Below are positions 40,547-50,643 of a DNA stretch of 64,000 bases, in pieces. The stretch's first letter is position 1. Each line of letters opens with the position of its first letter. Made by a program: the position numbers and the translations under genes. The notes under the pieces are model-generated. The model was not told the origin of the DNA. It ran no database searches and saw only the letters and a list, made by a program, of their open reading frames with translations. This DNA is from Candidatus Bathyarchaeota archaeon (GTDB lineage: Archaea > Thermoproteota > Bathyarchaeia > Bathyarchaeales > Bathycorpusculaceae), in the NCBI GenBank assembly GCA_963739305.1, contig CAVTZU010000036.1:1-64000 (forward strand). The letters are read 5' to 3'.

Positions 40547-41492
40547 ACTCAATCGTCCCAGGTGGCTTGTTTGTCAGGTCGAACACGACTCTGCTGACTT
40601 CATCTTTCAAAGTGTTTGTGATTCTCACAGAGATTGTTTCCAATACCGCGTGAGGAATCTTCGAGTAAGAGGCACTCATTCCATCCAGGCTCTCAACGGC
40701 ACGAACGGAAACTACGCTTCCATAAAACCTGACGTCACCATGAACCCCGACGGTTTTGCAGGGCAGGAGAACCGCGAAATATTGCCATGGACGGTTCATT
40801 TCCTTGTTTGCGACGGCTTTCTCAATCTCCTCTTCCACGATTGCGCAGGCTTCCCTCACGATTCTTGTGCTTTCGGGATCTGCTTCACCGAGAATTCTCA
40901 CGGCCAATCCGGGGCCTGGAAAGGGTTGTCTCTCGTAGATATGCTTGGGCAAATCGAGTTTCTCTCCAACGATTCTCACTTCGTCCTTGTATAGATCTCT
41001 GAGGGGTTCGATGATCTCAAACTCTATTCTTTCAGGCAGGCCTCCAACGTTGTGATGGGACTTGATTTTGTCTCTGAGTCCACCGCCACTTTCGATCCAG
41101 TCTGGGGCGATCGTGCCTTGGACGAAGAACCTCGCCTTTTCTTTTCTCGCGACTTCTTCAAAGACTCTGATGAAGAGTTCTCCGATGACTTTCCTTTTTT
41201 GTTCCGGATCATTTATCCCCCTTAACTTCTGGTAAAAACGATCTTTTGCATCGACGACAAGAACGTTCAGTCCGAGTTTCGTCAAAAGTGCTTTGTTGTT
41301 CTTAATTTCATTCTTCCTCATATAACCAGTGTCGACCAGGACGCACCGAAGGTTCTCTCCGATAGCTCTGTTGACCAGAATGGCGGTCACCGTGGAATCG
41401 ACTCCGCCGGAAACCCCGATAACGGCTTTTCCGACTATTTTGCTTTTGAGTTCTTCGACGGTTTCTTGAATGAACTTCTCTGTCTTGAACAT
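40539..41492 (-). CDS. guaAB: GMP synthase ATP pyrophosphatase subunit B
   Basis: SGGVDS, DPEQKRKVIG, IKSHHNVGGLP, PFPGPGLAVR, KPPGTIEYE; start at MFKTEKF. Confidence 0.94.
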   Translation of the reverse strand: MFKTEKFIQETVEELKSKIVGKAVIGVSGGVDSTVTAILVNRAIGENLRCVLVDTGYMRKNEIKNNKALLTKLGLNVLVVDAKDRFYQKLRGINDPEQKRKVIGELFIRVFEEVARKEKARFFVQGTIAPDWIESGGGLRDKIKSHHNVGGLPERIEFEIIEPLRDLYKDEVRIVGEKLDLPKHIYERQPFPGPGLAVRILGEADPESTRIVREACAIVEEEIEKAVANKEMNRPWQYFAVLLPCKTVGVHGDVRFYGSVVSVRAVESLDGMSASYSKIPHAVLETISVRITNTLKDEVSRVVFDLTNKPPGTIEYE

Positions 41493-41635
41493 TAGATCAA
41501 CACATCCTAGGATAAACGAGCTGATATAAATGTCTTGAAAAGAGTAATTTGGAAAAATACGAACCACGAAGTCAACGTCCTGTGCCGATTGGAAAACTAT
41601 AAAACGCAGGTTCCACAATTCCCTCATCTTTAGGA

Positions 41636-43348
41636 ATGGTGGATTTCGTGGAAAAGTTGAGTCATGACATTGTCATAATCGGAGCGGGGCTGGCTGGGTT
41701 ACGAGCAGCAACGTCGGCAGCCGAGGTGAATCGTAAACTTGACATCGCCGTGGTTTCGAAACATCACCCCTTGCGGTCACATTCTGTGTGTGCACAAGGT
41801 GGGACTGGAGCTGTAATGAGGGAAAAGGATTCTTTTGATCTGCACGCCTACGACACGGTCAAGGGGGCCGACTTTTTAGCGGATCAAGATGTTGTCGAAT
41901 TTTTCGTGAAGCAGGCGCCCAAAGAAATTGTGCTTACCGAGCATTGGGGTTGTCCGTGGAGCAGAACGGCGGATGGAAAGATAGATCAACGAGCCTTTGG
42001 TGGTCACACGTTTCCTCGGGCTTGTTTCGCCGCGGACATGACCGGTTTCCACGAGATGCAGGCGTTGTATGGACAAGCCTCATCGTACGACAATATAAAG
42101 TTCTATGATGAATGGTTCGTGACTTCTCTAGTAGTTGAAGACAACAGAGCAGTAGGGGTAACGGCCATAGAAATGAAAACCGGCGTGATGCACGCTTTTG
42201 GTGCAAAAGCGTTTGTGATGGCGAGTGGAGGACACGAGCGCATCTATGAGTTCACAACATTTTCCCACACCACGACAGGGGATGGAATGGCCATGGCCTA
42301 TCGAGCCGGAGTTCCGTTGGAGGATATGGAGTTCGTTCAGTTTCATCCGACGGGTCTTCTGCCGTCAGGGGTTCTGATTACCGAGGGAGCTCGGGGAGAA
42401 GGCGGATACCTGATCAACGCCAACGGCGAACGCTTCATGAAGAAGTATGCTCCAGAGAAGATGGAGCTGGCCCCTCGAGACGTCGTCTCCAGATCTGAGC
42501 AGACGGAAATTTTGGAAGGAAGGGGGCTTCAAGGACCTTACGGGCCTTATATCGCTCTGGACCTTAGGCATCTGGGCGAAGAAAAAATCAGTGAAAGGCT
42601 GCCGCTGATCCGCGATGTCGCGATAAAACTTGGCGGCGTGGATCCAGTGAAAGAACCTATTCCGATCAGGCCGGCTGCCCATTACTCGATGGGTGGAATC
42701 CAGGCCAACATTAGAACTGAGACTCCGGTTTCCGGGTTGTTTGCGTCTGGAGAGTGTTCCTGTTTGAGCCTGCACGGTGCCAATAGGCTTGGGACCAATT
42801 CTACCAGCGAGTGCTTGGTCTTCGGCGCCGTTTCGGGCGAGGAAGCCGCAAAGTTTGCGTCGAAAGCTGTTGCTCGCGAAGCGTCAAATGAGAGACTCGC
42901 GGCAGAGGAAAGAAGGGTTTTCAACGGTATCCTTGCTAGCGAAGGCAGCGAGAGAGTCGCGGAGATTCGGAACGTGATGAGACACATAATGTATGAGAAA
43001 GCATGGATCTACCGTAGAGGAGAACAGATGGAGAGCGGGTTGAAAGAGATACGACAGTTGAAGCAAAGATTCAAGAGAATCAAGGTACAGGACAAGGGAA
43101 GACCCTTTAACACTGGAATGTTGAATGCTATCCAGCTTGAGTTCATGCTGGATTTGGCTGAAGTAACGTTTGTGAGTGCGCTTCCAAGAACAGAATCGCG
43201 AGGAGCTCACTCGAGGATCGACTATCCGAAACGCGACGACCAGAGCTGGCTCAAACACACGCTTGCTTACCGCACGGATGAGGGTCCTATGCTGCGGTAC
43301 ATGCCTGTGACTATTACGAGGTGGCAGCCTGCCGCAAGAACGTACTAG
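41636..43348 (+). CDS. Fumarate reductase/succinate dehydrogenase flavoprotein (TfrA-like)
   Basis: GAGLAG, RSHSVCAQGG, QFHPT, TEGARGEGG, ELAPRDVVSR, HYSMGG, HGANRLG, ESRGAH. Confidence 0.93.
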   Translation: MVDFVEKLSHDIVIIGAGLAGLRAATSAAEVNRKLDIAVVSKHHPLRSHSVCAQGGTGAVMREKDSFDLHAYDTVKGADFLADQDVVEFFVKQAPKEIVLTEHWGCPWSRTADGKIDQRAFGGHTFPRACFAADMTGFHEMQALYGQASSYDNIKFYDEWFVTSLVVEDNRAVGVTAIEMKTGVMHAFGAKAFVMASGGHERIYEFTTFSHTTTGDGMAMAYRAGVPLEDMEFVQFHPTGLLPSGVLITEGARGEGGYLINANGERFMKKYAPEKMELAPRDVVSRSEQTEILEGRGLQGPYGPYIALDLRHLGEEKISERLPLIRDVAIKLGGVDPVKEPIPIRPAAHYSMGGIQANIRTETPVSGLFASGECSCLSLHGANRLGTNSTSECLVFGAVSGEEAAKFASKAVAREASNERLAAEERRVFNGILASEGSERVAEIRNVMRHIMYEKAWIYRRGEQMESGLKEIRQLKQRFKRIKVQDKGRPFNTGMLNAIQLEFMLDLAEVTFVSALPRTESRGAHSRIDYPKRDDQSWLKHTLAYRTDEGPMLRYMPVTITRWQPAARTY

Positions 43349-43352
43349 GAGG

Positions 43353-44927
43353 ATGAACCAAATGACCACAGACGTTGAGAAGACTGTAGAATTCAAGATA
43401 AGTCGCTTTGATCCCACGCAAAACAGGCGATACGACTCAACCTTCAAGGTTCCAGTTCGACGAGGAACAACCATTCTGGAAGCGTTGCTTTACGTTAAAG
43501 ATAATCTTGACGAATCACTCACGTTTAGGCAATCCTGCAGGATGGGTATATGCGGAGACTGCGCCGTAAACATCAACGGAAAACCCATGCTAGCCTGCTA
43601 CACACAAGTATTGGATCTCAATGCAGACCATTTGCTCATTGAACCGCTTGCAAACGCTCCCGTCATAAAAGATCTCGTTGTAGACATGCAGCCCTTCTTC
43701 GACACCTACAAACGGATTAAGACTCACCTGATTAAGCCAGCAGAAGAGTTGAAAAAACCAAACGAGTTCCCACAATCTCCTAGCGAGCTCAAGAAGTACT
43801 GGGATCTAACGCTCTGCATCAAATGCTCAATCTGCAACTCCTCATGTCCCGCGATAATAGATGAAAAGTTCCTCGGGCCTTCAGCTTTGACGGCAACGTA
43901 CCGGTTCGTGACTGATTCGAGAGATCAAGGCGCTGAGGAACGACTGAAACCGATGGCGGACAACGTTTGGCTTTGCACTCAGTGCAGCTCGTGCACTTTA
44001 TTCTGTCCTAAGAAACTCACGTGTGCCGAAGCGATAGTGGATGACCACAGTCTCATAGTTGAGACGGGTGATATTCCGCGAACCGTTAAGGACGTGCTTG
44101 AGAGCGTTTACAAGTATCATAACCCGATGAGCACGACGCAGTTGAAGAGGATGGATTGGGCCAAAGACTTGAACGTCCAGGCTTATCCAACAGTCACAAA
44201 AGCCGATGTGCTGTTTTTCGTTTGCTGTTCAAACGTGTACGACCTGAGAAATCAAGAAGCTGCAAGAAACATGGCCGCCGTCTTCAACAGCATGGGTGTT
44301 TCCTTCGCAACCTTGGGTTCTGAAGAATGGTGCTGTGGAGATCATATGCTAAGGATGGGCGAGAAAGGGCTCTTTGAGGAACTGGCCACACACAACATTG
44401 CCATGTTCAGGAAGCTTGAAGCCGCGAAAATAGTGACACTTTCCCCGCATTGTTACAACACGTTCAAGAATGACAAGCCCTACAAAGACGCAGGCCTCAA
44501 AGTCCAACACTACACGGAGTTCCTGGCCGAAGCATTGCAGACAGGCAAGCTCAAGCTCACGAAACCTGTGAATAAGACTGTGGCCTACCACGATCCCTGT
44601 TTCCTAGGCAAGCGCAACGATATCTTTGACGCTCCACGACGGATTCTGCGGGCAATCCCAGGGATCAAACTTGTCGAGATGAAAAGAACGGGACAAAGCA
44701 GCTTCTGCTGCGGCGGAGGCGCAGGAAGAGTGTGGACTGAGGATGCATTGCCGGAGAAGAGGCCGAGCACAAACCGGCTTCATGAAGCTCTCGACCTCGG
44801 CGTCGACACATTAGCAGTAGCGTGTCCGTATTGCGTGACGACCCTTGAAGACGCGGTGAAGGTTCTTGACGTTGAGAACAAGATCGTGGTAAAAGAGATC
44901 CTCGAACTTGTGAAAGAGGCAATGTAG
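43353..44927 (+). CDS. SdhB/FrdB Fe-S subunit fused to two CCG domains (TfrB/HdrD-like)
   Basis: SCRMGICGDC, CIKCSICNSSCP, CTQCSSCTLFCP, then WCCG, SPHC, YHDPC, CCGGGAG, ACPYC. Confidence 0.9.
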   Translation: MNQMTTDVEKTVEFKISRFDPTQNRRYDSTFKVPVRRGTTILEALLYVKDNLDESLTFRQSCRMGICGDCAVNINGKPMLACYTQVLDLNADHLLIEPLANAPVIKDLVVDMQPFFDTYKRIKTHLIKPAEELKKPNEFPQSPSELKKYWDLTLCIKCSICNSSCPAIIDEKFLGPSALTATYRFVTDSRDQGAEERLKPMADNVWLCTQCSSCTLFCPKKLTCAEAIVDDHSLIVETGDIPRTVKDVLESVYKYHNPMSTTQLKRMDWAKDLNVQAYPTVTKADVLFFVCCSNVYDLRNQEAARNMAAVFNSMGVSFATLGSEEWCCGDHMLRMGEKGLFEELATHNIAMFRKLEAAKIVTLSPHCYNTFKNDKPYKDAGLKVQHYTEFLAEALQTGKLKLTKPVNKTVAYHDPCFLGKRNDIFDAPRRILRAIPGIKLVEMKRTGQSSFCCGGGAGRVWTEDALPEKRPSTNRLHEALDLGVDTLAVACPYCVTTLEDAVKVLDVENKIVVKEILELVKEAM

Positions 44928-45082
44928 TAAAGTTGCATTTTCCCTGTTTTGGGACACGGAGGAGCTCGTGGCAGGTTTCTTTTGCACCGTGAGTCACCTT
45001 TCGTGTGAATCTTCGTCTGATCATAGATAAATTAATATCAATCATGCCTTTCCCTTTACGAAATGACTTCGGAGGAAACTCG

Positions 45083-46930
45083 TTGTTAGGTTATGCTGGG
45101 CGTGTTCTTCGTATCGATCTGACCTCAGGTAAGACTAGTGTTGAGCCGTTGAATGAGGAGTATGCGAAGAAGTACATTGGTGGAATAGGCCTTGGTATGC
45201 GCTTGTGGCTTGACAACTCGAAGCCTGGAGTCGACCCGTTCAGTCCGGATAACCCGCTAATTCTGGCCACGGGGCCGATTGCGGGAACGATGTGGCCAAC
45301 AGGCGGAAACGGGCATGCTTTTGTTTCGAAGTCACCGGCAAGCTACGGAGTTGGCGAAGCAAAGGCTCACGGCACCTTCGGAACTGAGTTGAAAAGAGCC
45401 GGATACGACGTGGTTATTGTCAAGGGCAAGGCTGAACGGCCCGTTTACCTCTGGATTGATGATGATTCGGTTCAGATGTTGGATGCCTCTCGCTTGATGG
45501 GGAAGTCTCCTCAGGACACGGAGGACATGATACGGGATGAGCTTGGAGACTACTACATCCGTGTGGCTGCGATCGGAGTTGCGGGTGAGAAGCTTTCACG
45601 CATAGCTTGCATAATCAACGACAAGACTCGTGCTGCGGGAAGAACGGGGCTCGGCGCAGTGATGGGTTCCAAGAATCTTAAGGCGATAGCTGTCCGTGGA
45701 ACTCGCGACATCACGGTTTCGAAACCCGAAGTCTTCATGGAGATGGTCAAGGAATTTCACGAGAGAATGAAAGGTCCTGCAGCGCAGAAGTACCGCACTT
45801 TGGGCACGGTTGAGAACGTGTTGGTGCACAATTCCTTGGCGTGCATGCCGACAAGAAACTACCGTAACGCGTCGTTTGAAGGCGCAGACAAGATAAGCGG
45901 GGAAGTGTTGAACGAGAAGTATGTTAAGAAGATAATCGGGTGCAGCTCCTGTGCGATGCGTTGCGAGCACATGTGTGTTGTTTCGGAAGGTCCGTATAAG
46001 AATACGATGACGCGCATGGAGTATGAGACTCTGTGGGCTCTGGGACCTTACTGTGGCGTTGATCGTCTTGACGCGATAATAAAGGGGATGCAGCTGTCAA
46101 ACTATTATGGAATCGATGCCATTAGTGTCGGCGTTATCATAGGCTTTGCTATGGATTGTTACGAGAGAGGCATATTGACTCAGAAGGACCTTGACGGAAT
46201 TGACGCGCGCTTCGGTAACCATGAAGCTATGGTTCAGCTTGTTGAAAAAATCGGCAAGCGTGAAGGCATCGGAGAAATCCTTGCCGATGGGGTCAAGGTT
46301 GCGGCAGAAAAGATCGGGAAAGGCTCCGAAAAGTTGGCGGCAGAGATCAAGGGAGTGGAAGTGACGGGTTACGACCTCAGATGTCTGAAGACAGCGGCGC
46401 TGGGTTTTGCGGTGTCATTTCGTGGCGCCGACCACAACAGGCATGGGGCTTACGCGTTTGACGTGAAAGGAAAAGTGAACCGGCTGATCGCTGAAAAAGG
46501 CAGGGGAAAACTGGTTATGGGTATGGAGGATTCTTATGCTGTTATCGATTCTTTGGTGGTCTGCAAGTTTTCAAGGGGAACTTATTACAAGGAATTTGAG
46601 GACATGTCCAAGCTTTACAGTGTCGTCACGGGTCATGAGATGAAGCCTGATGAGCTCAGGCTTGCTGGTGAAAGGATAAACAACATCGGCAGAGTCTTCA
46701 ATATTCGAGAAGGATTAGGAAGAAAAGACGACACACTGCCCTATATGGTGATGCACAATCCGATTCCCGATGAAGGGCCTTCCAAAGGCGCGGTCTTCAC
46801 TCAAGAAGAGCTAGATTTGTTGCTTGATGATTATTATGAAGCGCGCGGGTGGACGAGAGAAGGAATTCCGACTGAACAGAAGCTCAAGGAACTCGGGATG
46901 GAAGACGTGATTCCGATGGTTCAGAAGTAA
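45083..46930 (+). CDS. aor: Tungsten aldehyde:ferredoxin oxidoreductase family protein
   Basis: GYAGRVLRIDLT, KSP, RAAGRTGLGAVMGSKNLKAI, C..C...C, EYET, YY..RGW..EG.P; GGAGG RBS before TTG 45083. Confidence 0.92.
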   Translation: MLGYAGRVLRIDLTSGKTSVEPLNEEYAKKYIGGIGLGMRLWLDNSKPGVDPFSPDNPLILATGPIAGTMWPTGGNGHAFVSKSPASYGVGEAKAHGTFGTELKRAGYDVVIVKGKAERPVYLWIDDDSVQMLDASRLMGKSPQDTEDMIRDELGDYYIRVAAIGVAGEKLSRIACIINDKTRAAGRTGLGAVMGSKNLKAIAVRGTRDITVSKPEVFMEMVKEFHERMKGPAAQKYRTLGTVENVLVHNSLACMPTRNYRNASFEGADKISGEVLNEKYVKKIIGCSSCAMRCEHMCVVSEGPYKNTMTRMEYETLWALGPYCGVDRLDAIIKGMQLSNYYGIDAISVGVIIGFAMDCYERGILTQKDLDGIDARFGNHEAMVQLVEKIGKREGIGEILADGVKVAAEKIGKGSEKLAAEIKGVEVTGYDLRCLKTAALGFAVSFRGADHNRHGAYAFDVKGKVNRLIAEKGRGKLVMGMEDSYAVIDSLVVCKFSRGTYYKEFEDMSKLYSVVTGHEMKPDELRLAGERINNIGRVFNIREGLGRKDDTLPYMVMHNPIPDEGPSKGAVFTQEELDLLLDDYYEARGWTREGIPTEQKLKELGMEDVIPMVQK

Positions 46931-46944
46931 GGAGACAGAGAACT

Positions 46945-47454
46945 TTGGTAAAGATTCATGACAGAAAGTTTGTTTCAGCGGATCCGGACAAGTGCGTAGG
47001 TTGCCAGGTGTGTGAATACATATGTTCAATGACTAATGAGAAAGCGTTTAACCCGCTTAAGTCGCGCATTCGGGTTGTCAGGATAGATCAGCTGATAAAC
47101 ATGGCTGTGACGTGTCGATTGTGTGAAAACCCCGCGTGCGTTGCGGCGTGTCCAAGAAAAGCTCTGATTCAGTCAGAAGAAACAGGACTTGTATCTCTGG
47201 AGAAAGACAAGTGCAACGGTTGCGGATGGTGCATAGAAGCCTGCGATTACGGTGCGATCATGCTTCATCCGGATAAAAAAGTAGTCTACGTTTGCGACCT
47301 GTGCAAGGAAAAGGGAGAACCGCAGTGTATCAAGTGGTGTCCTGAAGAAGCTCTGGAGCTCGTCACCAGCGACGTTCTGGCGCAGAAGGCGCGACTTACA
47401 GCTGTCAAGAAGCTGTTCCAGGAATCAGGCAAGGAAAAGACGGGGAAAGCATAG
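46945..47454 (+). CDS. 4Fe-4S dicluster (DmsB/AorA-like) electron-transfer subunit
   Basis: Four CxxCxxC/CP motifs directly after aor. Confidence 0.9.
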   Translation: MVKIHDRKFVSADPDKCVGCQVCEYICSMTNEKAFNPLKSRIRVVRIDQLINMAVTCRLCENPACVAACPRKALIQSEETGLVSLEKDKCNGCGWCIEACDYGAIMLHPDKKVVYVCDLCKEKGEPQCIKWCPEEALELVTSDVLAQKARLTAVKKLFQESGKEKTGKA

Positions 47455-47492
47455 CTTTCTGGTTCATTGTCAGCGTTGCGTTCCCGACATTG

Positions 47493-48197
47493 CTAGCGCA
47501 TCAGGTCCCGAACTAGCTTCACTACGTTTTTGATGACGTAATCGTTGATCATTTGCCCTTTCTTGCCGGTTGCTCTTGTTGGGTCGCCGATTACTCCACT
47601 CGGAAAGAGCTTCTCCGGATGAGGAGTAATTTCGAACCTCGGCATTTCTGGGTAGCTGCTTCTGCCCTTTGTCTTCACGAGGTCAGGTCTTATCGCCATG
47701 ATTCTTGCGGTTTCGATTGTTCCGGCGTGTCCGTCCTTGTCGCTGAAGTGCTTACCCTTTAGTTCGTAGGCGAAGTCGTAGTCGCTGCAGACTATTATTC
47801 TCACCGTTTTCTCTGCCGGTTTGTTTTCGTTAGTCCAGATGACTTCTTGAGCTGCGAGCCTGAGTGCAGCCATGTGCGATTGGCCTGCGTGGCCGCTCAT
47901 TATCAGGATTCGTTTGAACCCGTTGCGGACGAATTCTTCGAGGATGTCCTTGACGATCTTGTAGAGTGCTTGGAAGCTTATCGAGATTGTTCCTGGAAAG
48001 CCGCGTGTTGAGTTGCAGACGCCGTACCTCAAGGTTGGGGCGACGAGGCACCTGGTTTTCTTTGCAACCTCCGTTGCGACGAATTCGGGTTGGATGCTGT
48101 CGGTCGCCAGGGGAAGGTGTTCGCCGTGTTCTTCGACGCTTCCGATTGGGAGTATGATGACCTTGTTTGTTTTGGCGGCCTTTTCTGCTTCATTCAT
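47493..48197 (-). CDS. Creatininase family amidohydrolase
   Basis: PIGSVEEHGEHLPLATD, FPGTI, GHAG, HAGTIET, SGVIGDP. Confidence 0.9.
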   Translation of the reverse strand: MNEAEKAAKTNKVIILPIGSVEEHGEHLPLATDSIQPEFVATEVAKKTRCLVAPTLRYGVCNSTRGFPGTISISFQALYKIVKDILEEFVRNGFKRILIMSGHAGQSHMAALRLAAQEVIWTNENKPAEKTVRIIVCSDYDFAYELKGKHFSDKDGHAGTIETARIMAIRPDLVKTKGRSSYPEMPRFEITPHPEKLFPSGVIGDPTRATGKKGQMINDYVIKNVVKLVRDLMR

Positions 48198-48468
48198 GCT
48201 CAGCTCATCGAACCAAAGGCACTCGTTTTTCTTTGACCGAGGGTCTTCGGGACTTGTTTTGTTTGTTCATTTTCATGTATTCTCCTGAGGTTTCAGTTGA
48301 GTGTTCCTACGTAATTTAGTTTATTATTTGCTCATTTGATAGTCGATGCTGTTTCTGTATATGTGTATTTGCGCTGAACTGTTGTGAAATAAGGTTTATT
48401 AAGATACCAGAGACTTCCTCCCTGAGCAACATCAAAACCACCCCATTAAGGGACTTGGAGAACAACAC

Positions 48469-50432
48469 TTGCCAGCGCACGGTGTGAACAGAAGATTCCA
48501 TTCTTCAAAGAGGACATTCATGATGATTCTTCTGATCGTCCTCACCTTGACAGGCCTAATCATTTCGAGGATGACGCAGGACGTCTACGCGGCCAACCTG
48601 AACCTCGGCAACCTTCCAACGCCCTTCGTCTCGCCGAGCAAAGTGATGAACAGTTCCACGGTCGTAGCTTCGAGCGTTGGCCACGGTCCATGCGGTGGTT
48701 GTCACACCATGGACGTCATGGGCGCCATCATGGTCGCGGCAAAATTCGGTCTCAAGAGCGGCAACGGCACGATGGAGTCGATCATGGATGACTCGGTTTC
48801 GTCCTACAACCTCACGAGCGGAAAGTTTCAGTTCAACGACCTGACGTCAAATCTGATCGTCATCGGCGGTCCAGGTGTCAACCAGGTCACTTGGTACTAC
48901 AACGGTTTGAAGTATCCAAACGGCAGTAGGGTTCTGCTGGCGTACTTCAGCAAGTTCGGGAACGGCACGGACAACATCTACGTTGCTCCAACCAATCATT
49001 ACTATGCTATCCAGTACGACGGTCAAGGCAGGGTGAGCACGGACTACGGTCTGGTTGAGGTTTTGAATGATCATGGTCGCTACGCGCTTTTGCTCGGTGG
49101 GCTCGGTGGAGGCGGGACGTGGGCTGCCTGCAAGATAATCTCTACGTATGATTCTTACACGCTCACCGGATGCGTGGCCATCGTGAGGTACAGTGACTCG
49201 AACGGTGACGGGTTCCTAGATACACTCTCAATCGTAGAGCAGGTCGGTGGGACAATAGGTTACTTCAACGTGTTCGCGCCCTTGTCGATCGGGGTGTTCT
49301 TGGCTGCGTTGGTGCCGAAGCTGAGGGTTTTGAAGGACAAGTTGACGAAGAGGCGCTTGCTGGTGATGGTCTGCTTCGTTCTGTTTGTGGTGGTTGCTTC
49401 GCAGACGACTTTGACTGTTCTCTCGGATAATCCTGGTCCGGGAAGTCGTACACTTTCAACGATCTTTCTCATCCGTTTGTCTCTGCGGGCGGGCTGCTCA
49501 ATTCCACGGCTGTTGTCGCTTCTAGTGTCGGTCATGGTCCTTGTGGCGGTTGTCATACGATGGACGTTATGGGAGGCGTTATGGTTGGGGCTCAATTCGG
49601 GATGGACGCCACAGGAGGATCACTGGACGCGACTTTGGATGATTACATTACGGACTACAACCTGACCACTGCCCAGTTGACATTCCACGCTTTAACCAAC
49701 AACTTGTTGCTCATCGGTGGACCCGGCGTCAACCAGATCACTTGGTATTACAACAACTTACGGAACGGCAGCGGCGTGAGGGTTTTGCCGGTTTACTTTG
49801 ACAAGTTTCCCAACGGAACCGACTATATTTACGTCGCGTCGACCGACCACTACTACACGATCGAGCGTGATGCTCAGGGTCGGGTCAGCGCTGATTACGG
49901 CATCGTTACGCTCTATTATGACTCGAGTCATGGGTGGTGGGTGGTGATCGCCGCCGGACTGGGTGGTTTCGGCACCACTGCGGCGTCAAGGCTGCTTGCG
50001 ACTTACAAGGGTTGGAGCCTTTTCGGTCAGTCGATAATTGTGAAGTATGCGGATACCAACGGAGATGGGTATCTGGACACGATAAGCGTGCCAGAGATCG
50101 TTGGAGTTGGGAAGAGTATCGATGTCTTCTGGGATGCGAATTGCATGAATCCTGTGGCTTCGATAGATTGGGGAACGCTGTCTCCTGGTGACATAGAGAA
50201 CATTACTGTCTTTGTTAGGAACGAGGGAGAAAGCGGCACGGTTTTGGCGCTGAACGTGTCGGATTGGAACCCGCTTCCAGCTGCAAGCTATCTGAGTATC
50301 GGATGGAATTATTCTGGAACCGCTGTTCCGCCTGGGCAAGTCTTGCCGATCAGTCTTAGCATGGTCGTTAACGAGACGATTTCGGGGATAACGAACTTCG
50401 GAGTGAACGTGACCGTTAGCTCCGGCGGATGA
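48469..50432 (+). CDS. S-layer-like membrane glycoprotein with a duplicated domain, split by a frameshift near 49442
   Basis: ORFs 48469..49665 and 49560..50432 share a repeat (VASSVGHGPCGGCHTMDVMG...NL..IGGPGVNQ.TWYYN...D.NGDG.LD). The frame of the second ORF is open from about 49443 (KSYTFNDLSHPFVS). Signal peptide, central TM pair, many N-x-S/T sequons. Confidence 0.75.
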
Positions 50433-50643
50433 TGAGGCTTTCGTTTTTGGTGTCCGATCTGAGAAGATAGATCGTTATTCTCAATACATAATATTAAATG
50501 GGGAAAAAATCACTATTAATCCATCCCAGCCACGGGAAACTTTTTGGTGTCACTGAAAAATTCTTGACTATAGTGAGTCGTAATCCATAATATTTAATAC
50601 GCTTTTGGATGGAAAACGCTAGTGACCAGACTAGGCTTACGGC

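Noticed and set aside
49443-49665. C-terminal 70 aa of ORF 48469..49665
   Set aside because: Out-of-frame tail; the alternative frame encodes the second copy of the repeat domain
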